DNA of 64,000 nucleotides, from contig NC_068985.1 of the NCBI RefSeq assembly GCF_001194135.2, positions 1,293,096 to 1,357,095 on the forward strand, in the 5' to 3' direction. The position numbers and the translations under genes are program-made. Source of the DNA: Octopus bimaculoides (taxonomy: Eukaryota). Below the pieces are notes generated by a model. That model saw nothing but the letters and a program-made list of their open reading frames with translations, was not told where the DNA came from and did no database searches. Each line of letters starts with the position of its first letter. Position 1 is the stretch's first letter. This document shows, piece after piece, positions 12,903-25,711 of the stretch.

Positions 12903-13760
12903 TTCCAGATGTCCTTGGCCTAGCAGTGCTATCAGGATGCACTACCAGCTCGAGATAAACTCTACAGGCATGGATGTGCTACCAGATGGGCTTGTTCAAG
13001 GTATGCGCAGAATGACAAAACTGTTCTGTACACCCTCGTTCAGTGTCCAGGCATTGCTGACTTGTAGGGGTTGTGTCAAACAGCTGCTGTCACGTATGGA
13101 ACAGATCCATCTGGTGGTCGAGTCTGTAGTGATGATTTCCCAACCACCCTCCTTCAATTGGGCAGCAGACAAAACAGTTTTCCTTTGCCTGGTGGCTGTG
13201 GCAAAAGAGGTTGTTTGGTGGACAAGGCTGAAAGGCATGAAGACAGACCCATTCCTTTTTGGTAAAGCTCTCATTGATTTCTTCATGTTTCACTTGAAAA
13301 GGAAAGTGAGAGTGGAGAGGGAGGTGCTGTCCTCGAGTGAGTTTATTGAAAGGTGGGTGAAAGTTGCAAAAATGGCAAGAGTGTAGACCTGTGGGTCAGA
13401 GAGAAGGAATTGGAGAGAGCACTTACTCTTGGGGTTTCAGGGAAATTCCAGACAGTAGGGTTCCTCAATAATCCCTAGTGGCCTTCCTGTATCAGGAGAG
13501 CCACATTTCTACCCTCGATAATCCCTAGTGACCTTCCTGTATCAGGAGAGCTACTTTTGTTTTTTGTAACCTTTGTATGCCATGCATCTGTCCCCCCTTT
13601 TTTAGTGTTTACTCTGAATATTTACATTTTTTTTATCCTTTCAATATACATAAACCCCCACACTTTATGTCTGTCTCTGTATTATCCTCCTTCATCCTTT
13701 ACCCTTGTGGCAAATAAATGAAATTATTATTATTATCATTGTTGTTGTTGTTATTATTGA
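12903..13760 (+). mobile_element. L1/Tx1-like LINE 3' end (ORF2 cysteine-rich C-terminus, 3' UTR, simple-repeat tail)
   Basis: DALPARDKLYRHG...ACSRYAQNDKTVLYTLVQCP and FLCLVAVAKEVVWWTRLKG...FHLKRKVRVER...FIERWV. The 3' UTR carries a 50-bp-period tandem duplication (13463-13558). Confidence 0.75.
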
Positions 13761-14423
13761 TAATGGATTTTTACTAAAATCTAAGGGTTTACAAACAGAT
13801 CACAGAAAGTGCAGAAGGATACAAACCATGGTCACACTGAACACTAGGATAAAGAACTTCTCTCCATCCTTCAGCCTTCCTATACAGACATGCTTGCTGC
13901 AGGCACTTTTAGTCAACCCATCCTTGCCACTCACAACCACCCTCTAATACTTTTGCCAGAAAGTAGCACTTCCCTCTCCAATATCAAGTGGGACTTCCAT
14001 TTAGCAACAAATTTTTCTCTGGTGCTTTACAACTTGCTGTAACTCACAGTTTTCTGTTATCAATAAAAACGTATCATCAAAATTAATCCTTCAACGATGT
14101 TTTGTGTAAACTGTCAGTTAGCAGTTGTAATTATATCAGATTTCTGAATCAGTTTCATGAGCATTCAGTCAAACGAAGACCAGACATCTGCTCACATATC
14201 TTTGTATGTAATGGTCATAATACTTTCTGAATCTTTATAATTAAAGTTTCATTTATAAATATAGCCTACAGTGGTTACGGGATGTAATGCTAATAGATGA
14301 TATACAAATCTCTGAATAATTACTATTCGGGGAATTCGTACAGATAAACATATTGCAGACGACATTCTGTTTCAAGCATTGGATAAAACTTACACTGACG
14401 AAGATTAACATTTTACTAACTAG

Positions 14424-14464
14424 ATACTACAAACCAGCAGCGGAGGAACATGAACAGAAGTTGT
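14424..14464 (+). CDS. Candidate internal exon (YYKPAAEEHEQKL, or an alternative open frame)
   Basis: Branch-like ctaac plus tag acceptor, donor T|gtaagt, GC-richer than flanks. Phase-compatible with candidate 14153-14203. No homology recognised. Confidence 0.4.
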
Positions 14465-15199
14465 GTAAGTTAATTGCTATTAATACTGTCACAAATTAAG
14501 GTGGCAAGCTTAGCGGCATTTTGTCCATCTTTACAATCTTTTGGGGTCAATAAATTGAGTACCAGCTGAGCAATGAGATCAATGTAATCAACTTACCCCA
14601 TCACCACTGAACTTGCTGGCCTCGTGCCAAAATTTGAAACCAGTATCTACACAAATTACCAGGATTCAAAGTATCAGAATCTAATTTTGAATTCAGTATA
14701 TTATTAAATATGTCCAGTCTAAAGAGAAGAAGATTCAATGTGAATTAATCTCAGAACAAAACATCAACAACATTTTTATTTAGCCAGGAATTGTGGTCTC
14801 TATAGTCAAAGGAGGAAAGGTAGCGCCAACTATTTTCACAGACCATCCCAGATTGGTGCGATTATTATTGTTTTTGTTCAAATTCACTAAATCAGCCAAT
14901 ATTTGCAGAAAAATGTATAGGTAGAGAAGGAACTCCAGATAGTAGAAGTCTTAATAAAGAAGATCTAGGAAGAGTTTATTGTGAATTCTACAAGGGGGTG
15001 GGAGGACAATAAATAAATAAATTGAGTGGACTTGCAGCCAAGTAGTTCACTGGATTAAAGATTGCTGTGGTACTAAATAAAGAAAAGGACATAAGTGGAA
15101 ACAGAAAGACGAATGTGATAATGAGGGAATCATTACACTAACCACTCTCCCCTCTTTATTTGGAGCCCATCTTTATCATGCAATTTGCACTCTATATGC

Positions 15200-17450
15200 C
15201 AACTTCACTCAGAAACATAGAATCTGCACAGATTCTGCACAGTTCAACTCTCTTATCTTGATATCGAAAATAATTACTGTTTGTTATTCCAGCTCTGATT
15301 TCTACCACTCTTTGAATTCCTTACATCAGCAGATTGGTCCTCTATTGTCCTATTTCACTGGCCCTTCCTCGAAAACAAACATGCTTAATGATTTCAACAG
15401 CCACAACTCTTCTTGGCCCTTTACTCATCCTTTCCTGCATTGAGGACCTCTGTCTCAACCAGTACTCCTCAACCTGTATGCTACGGCACAATGTTGTGCC
15501 ACAAGACTATGCTAGGTGTGCCACAATCTAACCTAAATATAATTTTTTCCCTATAGTTTTAATTATATTTTTAGTTCAGGTGTGACATTGAATTTTGGAA
15601 AGTATACAGGTGTACCACAAGAGAAAAAAAGAGAGAGAAAAAGATCGCCGAGCACTGGTCTAAATGGACCCCTCATCATTCTTGCAAACTTCAATCATCC
15701 TAAACGTTTTTTTTATTCTCGTATTTCTTTGCAAAAATCCAAAACTTTTGCCATTCTGAACTCTGTACAATAGTTAGTATTATAACAACATGTATGTCTT
15801 ATTGACTCACATATTTTTAAACCATCCTTCATACCTATCAAATCTCCAGACTCAACCGTTACAAAACTCTCTCTCTCTCTCTTTCTTTCTCTCACTGCAC
15901 TTATCAGGTAGCCCTACAACTGTTCAACGTACTAACCACAACGTACTAACAACCACGTAACCTCTCTATTGCACTTCAAATTAGCAAAATTGTCAGAGCT
16001 CTGCTGCCTATTCTATGCCACCTTTGGGAAGAAATCTAATTCATGTCTCACCAACCTGAGACAGTTAAGCAAGTGACAGAAAAGCTTTTCTCAACAATGT
16101 TTCTATTCAACATTTACACAACCAATGCTTCAGACACATTTTCTGAAATATATCTTTGCATCCATTTCTTCAAAATGGCAACCTCATAAGCTACCAAATT
16201 TATTACCTATTTTTTTCTTAGCATTCTCTCTATTGTATACACATTCATGCCAAATCAGAAAATGCTTTCAGCCTTTCCAAACTGTAAGGTTACCAATGCT
16301 GGCACTATCTCTTCTATTGCCTTTATGGTGTTGATACAAAGGTAACCAATACTTTCTCTCCTAAAGAATCAACCTCAACCATTGTAATCATTCTCTAGTG
16401 TAACCAATCTCCAAGAACAATAACCCCTCTTGGATGTGAAGCTTTCTGTCAGACACGATGACAGCACATTTTGGTGTGGATTTTTCTGACTATGATTTCA
16501 TCAACTCTTGTAGCGTTAGGTTCTATGATATTTCATACATTCTTCCATCGGAACATTTATGACCTGCTTGTTGTAAATGCCCTTAATATGCACTTTTATG
16601 CAGAATGCAGCACTCTTCATGCCTCTTCTACCTTCTCTGCACACATATCATTTACATTGATTTTACACACCTCACTGTAAATGTACATTGTCGAGTAGAG
16701 TCTGTAGAACCATTTCCCAATGGCATCATAGAAATGTTGTTTAGGGAAGCAGTATTGTCTTCACGTTCTCTTGTTATGGACAGTCAAGCAATTAAAATCC
16801 TCAAAATCCCTTCTAATACAAAGTCGCATAATTTCTGATAATCTTTCCTGACAACTCTACATGTCCAGCAGAATTAAAAATGAACCCCAAACACAAAACA
16901 AATATAATTCAAAGTCTTGTTAATGGCTCACATCTCAAATAATCTTTCAATTGTAGGCACAAAGCCTGAAAATTGGTGGGATTGAGGACAATCAATTACA
17001 TCAACCCTGGTGCACTACTGGTACTTATTTGGTCAACCTTGGCAGAATCTAAACTCTGAACATAAAAATGGATGAAATGCCACTAAGCGTTTTTCCCCAG
17101 TCTGCTAATAATTCTACAAGCTTGCTGCCATAAAAAGTTCAAATACCTAAAACCCCCAAAAAAAGTACTACCCACACACCACTCACTTCACACCTATTGC
17201 ATATGTAAAACATCATTGATTCCATCCAAAGGAAAGTAATCTGATTGTTAAAGACACATTCTTCAACACATTTCAACCTTAGATTTGATGTCCCCTAATT
17301 CTCTCTTTTCTCATTCTATTACAATGGCTCCTGCTCTTCCCAACCAATTCCTTCATCAATTCCATTCCTTGCTAATCTTAACCTGGCACTCGTTCTTATC
17401 TCTCCACTTCTTACACCCTGCACTTATCCCGGACGTTCATTTTTTTCCTT
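15200..17450 (+). mobile_element. Highly decayed CR1/Jockey-like LINE
   Basis: The APE-like motif NDFNSHNSSW (about 15385-15415) and scattered RT/3'-like segments. Interrupted by a family C repeat at about 16955-17135. Confidence 0.45.
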
Positions 17451-17633
17451 TATTCTTTTACTTGTTTCAGTCATTTGACTGTGGCCATGCTGGAGCACCT
17501 CCTTTAATCGAATGAATCAACTCCAGGACTTATTCTTTGTAAGCCTAGTACTTATTCTATCCGTCCCTATTGCTGAACCGCTAAGTTATGGGGATGTAAA
17601 CCATCAATTGTCAAGTGATGGTGGGGAGATGAG

Positions 17634-17675
<42 letters not shown>

Positions 17676-18375
17676 NNNNNNNNNNNNNNNNNNNNNNNNN
17701 NNNNNNNNNNNNNNNNNNNNNNNNNNNNNNNNNNNNNNNNNNNNNNNNNNNNNNNNNNNNNNNNNNNNNNNNNNNNNNNNNNNNNNNNNNNNNNNNNNNN
17801 NNNNNNNNNNNNNNNNNNNNNNNNTATATATATATATATATATATATATGTATAGATAGATAGATAGATATAGATATATATGTATACCTTGGATCTTAGG
17901 ATGGCATGCTGTGCTTGAGGAGACCTATTGAGTCAACTACATCAAAATCAAATGGAAATTGTAGTTGTGGTCCCTGTGCCAGTGGCACATAAAAAGCACC
18001 ATCCAATCATGGTCGATGCCAACCCCCTTTGGGCCCTGTGCCAGTGGCACGTAAAAAAAGCACCCACTACACTCTCAGAGTGGTTGGCATTAGGAAGGGC
18101 ATCCAGCTGTAGAAACTCCGCCAGATCAGACTGGAGCCTGGTGCAGCCTCCTGGCTTCCCAGACCCCAGTCGAACCATCCAACCCATGCCAGCATGGAAA
18201 ACAGATGTTAACCGATGATGATGATGATGGGCTTCTTTCAGTTTCCATCTACCAGATCTACTCACAAGGATTTGGTTGACTTGAGGCTATAGTAGAAGGC
18301 ACTTGCCCAAGATGCCACATAGTGGGACTGAACCCGGAACTATGTGTTTGGGAAGTAAGCTTCTTACCGCACAGC
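17450..18375 (-). mobile_element. SINE family A split by (TA)n/gap and a nested antisense family B copy
   Basis: 3' half at 17450-17640 and head at 18228-18375. Other A copies lie at about 18540-18750(-), 20595-20820(+), 25005-25975(+, split), 38590-38700(-), 45590-45950(-), 48990-49885(+, split), 54503-54876(-) and 55028-55406(+). Confidence 0.8.
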
Positions 18376-18385
18376 CACTCCTGCA

Positions 18386-18426
<41 letters not shown>

Positions 18427-18795
18427 TGTATATTTATATGTATGTGTATATATATATGTATGCATGTATGTTGAACAAATTGACTCAAGTTTTAATCTTA
18501 TTCTTTTTTTATTAAGGTCTGCTACTAACACATTTGGCCACTTATTGTTGAACTGTTGATATATGGCTATAAGCAAATCAACACCAGTTATCATGCTGTG
18601 GCAGGGTCAAATACACACACACACACAATAGGCTTTCACACAGTTTCCATCTAGAAAATTCACTCAGAAGTCAATTGTCAGCTCTGAGTGATAGCAGAAA
18701 ATTGAACCTAAAACCACATGGTCTCAAAGTGAGCTTCTTAACCACACACCCACAGATATAAATACATACATACATACAAATATACACAAATGTGT

Positions 18796-18848
<53 letters not shown>

Positions 18849-21076
18849 CAGAGGTGAATATATATCTATATCAAATAGAAATACAAACAGATGCACATGT
18901 TTCCACCCACAGCTCCACAATTGCTATACATACATATGTACATACATACAGAGACACACATACACACACACTCATATATATATCTACAAATCCTCTCTGG
19001 CATCTATATACTGTAGAGGTAATGAAGATTAGCTAAATTAGTGCTTTGAATAATCAGAAACAAAACAACCACAACAACAACAACTGCTATTTTTTTTCTA
19101 ATATTGAAAAAATTTTTATAATATTAAATAATTTCTAAATTTTCCGTTTTTTTTTTTAAAATTTAATTTTTAATTGAAAGCTGGATTAAAGAGAAAAGTT
19201 AATAATGCATTAGAAAACCCACCACCACCACCACCACCACTGATGACGATGACACAACAACGATGATGATGATGATGGCTTTAGCCATAACAATCTCTAC
19301 AACAACAACAACAATAAGGATAATAATACAAATTGAAGTACAACAACAACTACAATAATAAAAATAAGGAAGAAGGAAAAAAATGTTTAGTGAAAATTGC
19401 AGAGTTGATGATAATGGTCAGTTCTACATGGAAAGAAAGGAATAGATAAGAATGGGCAAACGAATAATGTAAACAAAAAGTTTTGCAAAGTAATTAAGTC
19501 ATATATTAAAAAAAAAGAGAAAAAGAAAAGCCAAAAGACAGACATCATTATAGGGAAATATTTAACAATAACAAAGTTCTTTTGAAAGGTTATCATGGAA
19601 TATGATGGAAGGTTGAGAGAAAATAATGGCTCCAAAATATCAGATGTGAAGAAAGTTAAGAAAAAAAAAAAAAAATATGTAAGTGGTTTATGAATAATTT
19701 TCAAAGAAAGCTGAAGAACAAAAGTAAAATAATGGTAAGGCAATATGAAAGAGAAGGAAAGACATTCTGGAGTAAAAGCAGGAGTCTGGCTGTTTTTTTC
19801 TATTTTTTGATATCTTCATATTTCATTTTTGGTTTGTTAATGAAAAATGTTGGTTGGGAAATATTTACGTCATAGAAAGATTAAAAATGAAGAATGCAAT
19901 TGCTAGAAGAATGAAATTAATCACAATCTTTAAGGTCAGATATTAAACTGAATCTTTTGGAAAAGAGTTTTCTTGATAAACCTTGTTGCATATCTTACAA
20001 ATAATTAGCTTAGTAAATGTAGAAAGTTGTGGTTGATGTATGGCAACGAGGTGGGGTTTGTTGCGTTAATGTTTATATGAATAACATTGCAATAAGTAAT
20101 CAAAAATATTCTCTTTTTTTTTTAAATCAACGATCAAACAACATAGAACTAAGCTATGCTGTTGTAGTAGTAGTAGTAGTAGTAGTATCAGCAGCAGCAG
20201 CAGCAGCAGTAGTGGTGGTGGTGGTGGTGGTGGTATTGTGGTATGCACTGTAACATCAGGTTGTAGCATCCCTTATTTACTGGTGACTCCCTACTACTGC
20301 TGCTGGATAACACCTCTGCAGCACTCAGGTGACAGTCCTACAGCTTATAAGTTTCTTCAGGTAGTCATTGCTGGTGAAGGTTTTTTTCTGAGGTCAAAGC
20401 AGAAATCCTACCTCAACCTCTTTCAGTCAGCTTTTATATTATTATTATTATTACTGGTATCACACACACATACACACACACACCCGCAGGAATATTCGTT
20501 GTCTGCCTAACCAGTGTGGTAGCATTGTTTGAAAACTATAAAATGCAAGGAATCACATTGTGACCAGTGATATATAACAGTATCTGATTGTCCAGTTGGG
20601 CAAGACTGTGTTTGTCTTTCCCTCCCCCAACACTCGATAACCAGTGTTGGTGTGTTTACGTCCCCATTACTTAGTGGCTGAGCAGAAGAGACCAACAGAA
20701 AAGTACCAGGCTTTAAAAAATCATGAGTACTACGGTTGATTTGTTCAACTATAATTCTGCAAAGGAGTGCTCCAGAATGGCCATAGTCTAATGACTGAAA
20801 GAAGTGAAAGATAAAAGCTAAATATATATATATATATATATATACAACTATATGTATGTATGTATGTACGTTACGCACAGACACACACATATATAAGAGT
20901 GGAAACAACTGTTAGCCATGGGCAATCACTTATCTATTGACTGACAAGGGAGACCGACCTCCCTACAGCAAGCGAGGAGTGTCAGATCATCGATGATTTT
21001 GGTTTGAGTTCATCCTTGCTAGTGACATTCACTCCATTGCCTAGGGTCAGATGGAACTCGCCTTGTCAGTTTATAG

Positions 21077-21114
21077 CAAATACCAGAGGAATCATTTGCT
21101 GATTCGGTAAAATG
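21077..21114 (+). CDS. Candidate internal exon (QIPEESFADSVK-TG)
   Basis: Acceptor ccttgtcagtttatag|, donor ATG|gtaaag, inside a GC/CpG-richer non-repeat island. No homology recognised. Confidence 0.3.
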
Positions 21115-21859
21115 GTAAAGTGAAAATCATAAATTATTAAGATAGCATCCACAATTTAAAATCCAAAAGCTTAAGAGTTGTTTTGACTGTTATTTCTAGC
21201 AATGCTGATTCTGATTTTCCCCTTAGTCACTTTAGTGATATTTGTACTCCTACTTTTGGCTTTTAAATTTTGGATAGCCACCCTAATAATTTATATATGC
21301 ATGTATATATATATATATATNNNNNNNNNNNNNNNNNNNNNNNNNNNNNNNNNNNNNNNNNNNNNNNNNNNNNNNNNNNNNNNNNNNNNNNNNNNNNNNN
21401 NNNNNNNNNNNNNNNNNNNNNNNNNNNNNNNNNNNNNNNNNNNNNNNNNNNNNNNNNNNNNNNNNNNNNNNNNNNNNNNNNNNNNNNNNNNNNNNNNNNN
21501 NNNNNNNNNNNNNNNNNNNNNNNNNNNNNNNNNNNNNNNNNNNNNNNNNNNNTAACAGAGTAAAGTTGGAAATATTTATGAAAAAAGGTTTAAAAATGCA
21601 ATTTTAAAGATGTTTATTCACTTGACTGGTTTCACTTTTTCAGAAAAAGATTGTCAAAAGTAAAATGTAAAGCTTTGTTGTGTTAAGTACTGGTTGTCAC
21701 AAAAGTATTAAAATACATATATACATTCTTTGATAACAATAAGAAAATGTTAAAACAGTTTACAAGAAAGTATTTAAGAAAGTAAAAAGTATTTTGAGTT
21801 CAATAAAAATCATGTTTGTTTGGTGGTATATATATATACACAGAAGGAGATGTATTTAC

Positions 21860-22480
21860 AAAAAATTGTAGAGGAATAACTGACCTGTCTTTCTGGCATT
21901 TTGTTTTGTGTGTATTGTTAGTGCAGTGTGTGTGTATACGTGTGGGTGTGTTTGTGTGAGTGTGTCTATGTGTCTTGTATTTGTCGCGGAGGTGTGTGTC
22001 ATCGTGTGTGAGCATGCTTGTGTGTATGTGTGTATGTCTGTGTGTTTGTGAGTGTTTGTTGTGTTTGTTGGGATTGTATTGTGTGTATATGTGTGTGTTT
22101 TTTCCTTTTGAGTGTGTGTGTGTGTGCGATTCTTTTGGTGTTTGTATATCTGTGTATGTGTGGGTCTGTTTGTGTGAATGTGATTTGTGATAGTCAGGGT
22201 GGTGTGTGTAGGTGTGTGCATGTACGTGTTTACGTATGTGTGTATGTATGTGTGTGTGAGTGTTGGTTATGGCTGCTAGAATCGTATTGCAAGTGTATAT
22301 ATGTATGTGACTTTTCTTGGAATGCGTGTGGGTTTGTGCTCTAATGTGAGGATATTGTGTTTGTGTGTGTGTATATGTATGTGTGTTTGTGTGGGGGATT
22401 TGCATTGTATTTGTGTGTGTGTGATTTTGTACATCAGTATGTGTTTCTGTGTTTGTTTTGGGTATGTACCTGGGGGGGGG
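21860..22480. repeat. Long degenerate (GT/CA)n tract 3' of the PLE fragment
   Basis: Directly visible. Source of the His/Thr and Val/Cys pseudo-ORFs. Confidence 0.9.
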
Positions 22481-22487
22481 GGATATG

Positions 22488-22727
22488 TTAGAGTATGTTG
22501 AGTTGTGGTCTGTATTTTTAAATAAGATCATTTTCCCTATTTATTCGTGGTTGGTCAGTGGTGTTGTCTGGGCATTGGTATAGTGGGAAAACTAGGAATT
22601 TGGGGGACTTGTTTTGTGCACAGAGATCTAAGTGACCACTAATTCGTATCTGTCTTGTGGTAAGATCTTTCAGTTGTTGGCGGTGGACTGTCATCCTTTC
22701 TCTGAGGGTAAGGCTCGTATATGTATA
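22488..22727 (-). mobile_element. Penelope-like element GIY-YIG endonuclease C-terminal fragment
   Basis: TSLTLRERMTVHRQQLKDLTTRQIRISGHLDLCAQNKSPKFLVFPLYQCP...RINRENDLI*KYRPQLNIL* fits the GIY-YIG helix (R...H) and the terminal E..I....P.LN pattern. Confidence 0.75.
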
Positions 22728-23111
22728 TATACGAGCCTTACCCTGATATATATATATATATATANNNNNNNNNNNNNNNNNNNNNNNNNNNNNNNNNNNN
22801 NNNNNNNNNNNNNNNNNNNNNNNNNNNNNNNNNNNNNNNNNNNNNNNNNNNNNNNNNNNNNNNNNNNNNNNNNNNNNNNNNNNNNNNNNNNNNNNNNNNN
22901 NNNNNNNNNNNNNNNNNNNNNNNNNNNNNNNNNNNNNNNNNNNNNNNNNNNNNNNNNNNNNNNNNNNNNNNNNNNNNNNNNNNNNNNNNNNNNNNNNNNN
23001 NNNNNNNNNNNNNNNNNNNNNNNNNNNNNNNNNNNNNNNNNNNNNNNNNNNNNNNNNNNNNNNNNNNNNNNNNNNNNNNNNNNNNNNNNNNNNNNNNNNN
23101 NNNNNNNNNNN

Positions 23112-23142
<31 letters not shown>

Positions 23143-23699
23143 ATGTATGTATGCACTGCATATGAATGAAGATATTTGCATCAAGAGGTGCCAATCTCTA
23201 ATTGTAGAGGGAACATGTGGAAGGGATGGAACCAGGGAGCCATGAGACAAAGTGGTGAGAAAGAATCTGCAGACGTTGGGCCTCACAGAGGGGATGACAG
23301 GCGACCAAGACTCCTGGCAGTTTGCTGAGTTTGAGAAGACACACCAAGCTAAGTAAAAGCATGGTTGTCCTTATTATACAGGTTTGTCCCCTGCATCCCT
23401 CTCCAGCTGAGCATCCCTAATCTCGCAGGCTCGTGGGTGCTGGTACCACACAAAAGGCATCTGTACTGGTATGCTTTTTATGTGGCACATAAATGCACCC
23501 ATGCTGGTGCTGTGTAAAAGCACCCAGTCCACACTCTGTAAAGTGGTTGGTGTAAGGAAGGGCATCCAGCCATAGAAACTATGCCAAAACACACATGAAG
23601 CCTGGCCAGCTCTGGTCAAACTGTCCAACCCATGCCAACTTGAAAAACGGACATTAAATGATGATGATGATTATGATGGTATGAGATGCTTAATATGGT

Positions 23700-23935
23700 T
23701 TCTATCAACCAAATTCACTTTCAGCATATTGGTTAACCTGGCACAATAGTAACTGACGGTTTCCCAAACTTAGCTGTATTTTGTCTGCCTTTATGTTCTA
23801 GGTTTGAATTTTGCCAAGGTCATCTTCACCTTTCAGAATCCTGTTGGGGCTGATAAATTAAGTACCAATGAAGCATAGGGGTCATTGTAATAGACAATCT
23901 CTCAGAGATGCACATATTGTCAGCCACTAAAGGTT
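23700..23935 (-). mobile_element. SINE-like family C
   Basis: Shared core GGCACAAGGCCAGCAATTT...GGATGAAAGGCAAAGTnGAC...GAATTTGAACTC. Other copies at about 14500-14640, 16955-17135, 24055-24160, 46820-47040, 60040-60185 and 62940-63150. Confidence 0.7.
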
Positions 23936-25559
23936 AAAGGTCAAGCAACTGCCATGCAAATCTATGGTTTGGAGCAGAATATTTGCTATCATTGTTATTA
24001 TTATTACTATTATTATTACTATTGGTGGTGATGATAGTGGCAAGGTCAGTTTTGCCTTTCATCTTTTCTGGATGGATGAAACAAACACCAATTGAGAACT
24101 GAGGTAGATGGAATCGTCTAGTCTCCTCCCCAAAACTGCTAGCCTTGTGCCAAAAATTATTATTATCAGTCGTGGCAGCAGCGGTGGTGGTGGTGGCAGT
24201 GGTATTGTATAGGCAGCAGCAGCAGCAGCAGCAGTAGCAGTAGTAGTACTTATGCACTATATTGTTGTTGCTGTTGTTGTTGTCAGTTCTCCCAACGACA
24301 AATCATTTGTTAACTTTATGCCTTCACAGCTATGGAATAAGAGACCCTTTGCTATAAAAAAAAAATGGTATGGGTTAACAAACAGGAATGGTATCCTTCT
24401 GTAAAACAATGCCTCAGTAACTCACCAAGCATGGAGAAGAAATTAACAACTAATTCTTAAAAAGGATCCTCAAAGAAGAAAACAAAAAGAAGAACTAGTG
24501 TATTCGATCTTTCCTCTCTTATATTCTGAATGTAGTGAGAGAAAATGTTGATTAAGCAGTCAAATCTCAGTGGAAAATCAAGAAGAAAATCGAAATTTTA
24601 TAATTAACTAACACATTGAAATATAGCTTATATTTAACAGCAGTTCTAAAAGAGAGCCATTCAATTGATTGGCAACACTCTACTCACCAATAAGCTTCAA
24701 GTACAAGCTCACAGTTATGTAATTTCCTCTCTTTGCTTCTACTGTGACTACAATGTCCTCTGCTTCTCTAAACTAACAACCTGCACACTCACTCCACCCC
24801 ACGCCCCCACCAAGTCATCCATTGCTTCTCCTCAACGATTACATTACAATATATCACCTTCCAGATTCTGTTCAAAATATTTGATTTATTTCTATCTTTT
24901 GAGAATTATGATGCTCTAAAATTCCTTCACTGCCCACATATTTGCACAGATGAATGCCAACCACATCCATCCCACTTGGGAAAGGTAAGGGTCACAGCTT
25001 CTCCTGTTTTAAACTAGTTTACTTGATTCCCAACCATATGATTCCAGGTTCAGTCCCACCACATGGCACTTTGGGCAAGTGATTTCTACTATAGCCCCAG
25101 GATAACCAAAGCCTTTTCAGTGGATTTGGTAGATGAAACTTCAAAGAAGCCCACTCTATATATATATATCCGTTGTACCTGGAATAAGGAAGATGTGTTC
25201 TTACCTGTCTCCTGTCCAAGCTTGATTTACACGTTTGCCACAACAACCTCATTTAGGCTTAGCAGTCCTTCCTGTTTGTTTTCACTGTCCTGCTTGTGTT
25301 ACCAATTTTGACACTCCACAAAATCCCAAATTTTATTTAATTTGCTTTGTGGGAGCAACTGTTTTACCAAAAGCATATATTATTCTTAAATGTCTGAAAT
25401 ATGAGACTAGAGAAACAGCCAACAACTGAAGAAGGGTCGTTCTTTATGTTGTTTGTTTTGTTTTCTATTTGTGTCTTTCATTGTTTGAAAGAATAGTTCA
25501 TGTTCCATGTACTCATACTTCCTACTTTTTGCTGTACACATTTCATGACATCCCGTACC

Positions 25560-25601
<42 letters not shown>

Positions 25602-25675
25602 TAGATGTATGTACATATATGTACGTATATATGCATATATATATATATATATATATATATTATTTATAATATATA

Positions 25676-25711
<36 letters not shown>

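Noticed and set aside
14787-14818. GIVVSIVKGGK joined to exon 993-1063 as a PDZ-like loop
   Set aside because: Spacing does not fit the GLGF motif, and the nearer exon 1737-1758 gives a better motif.
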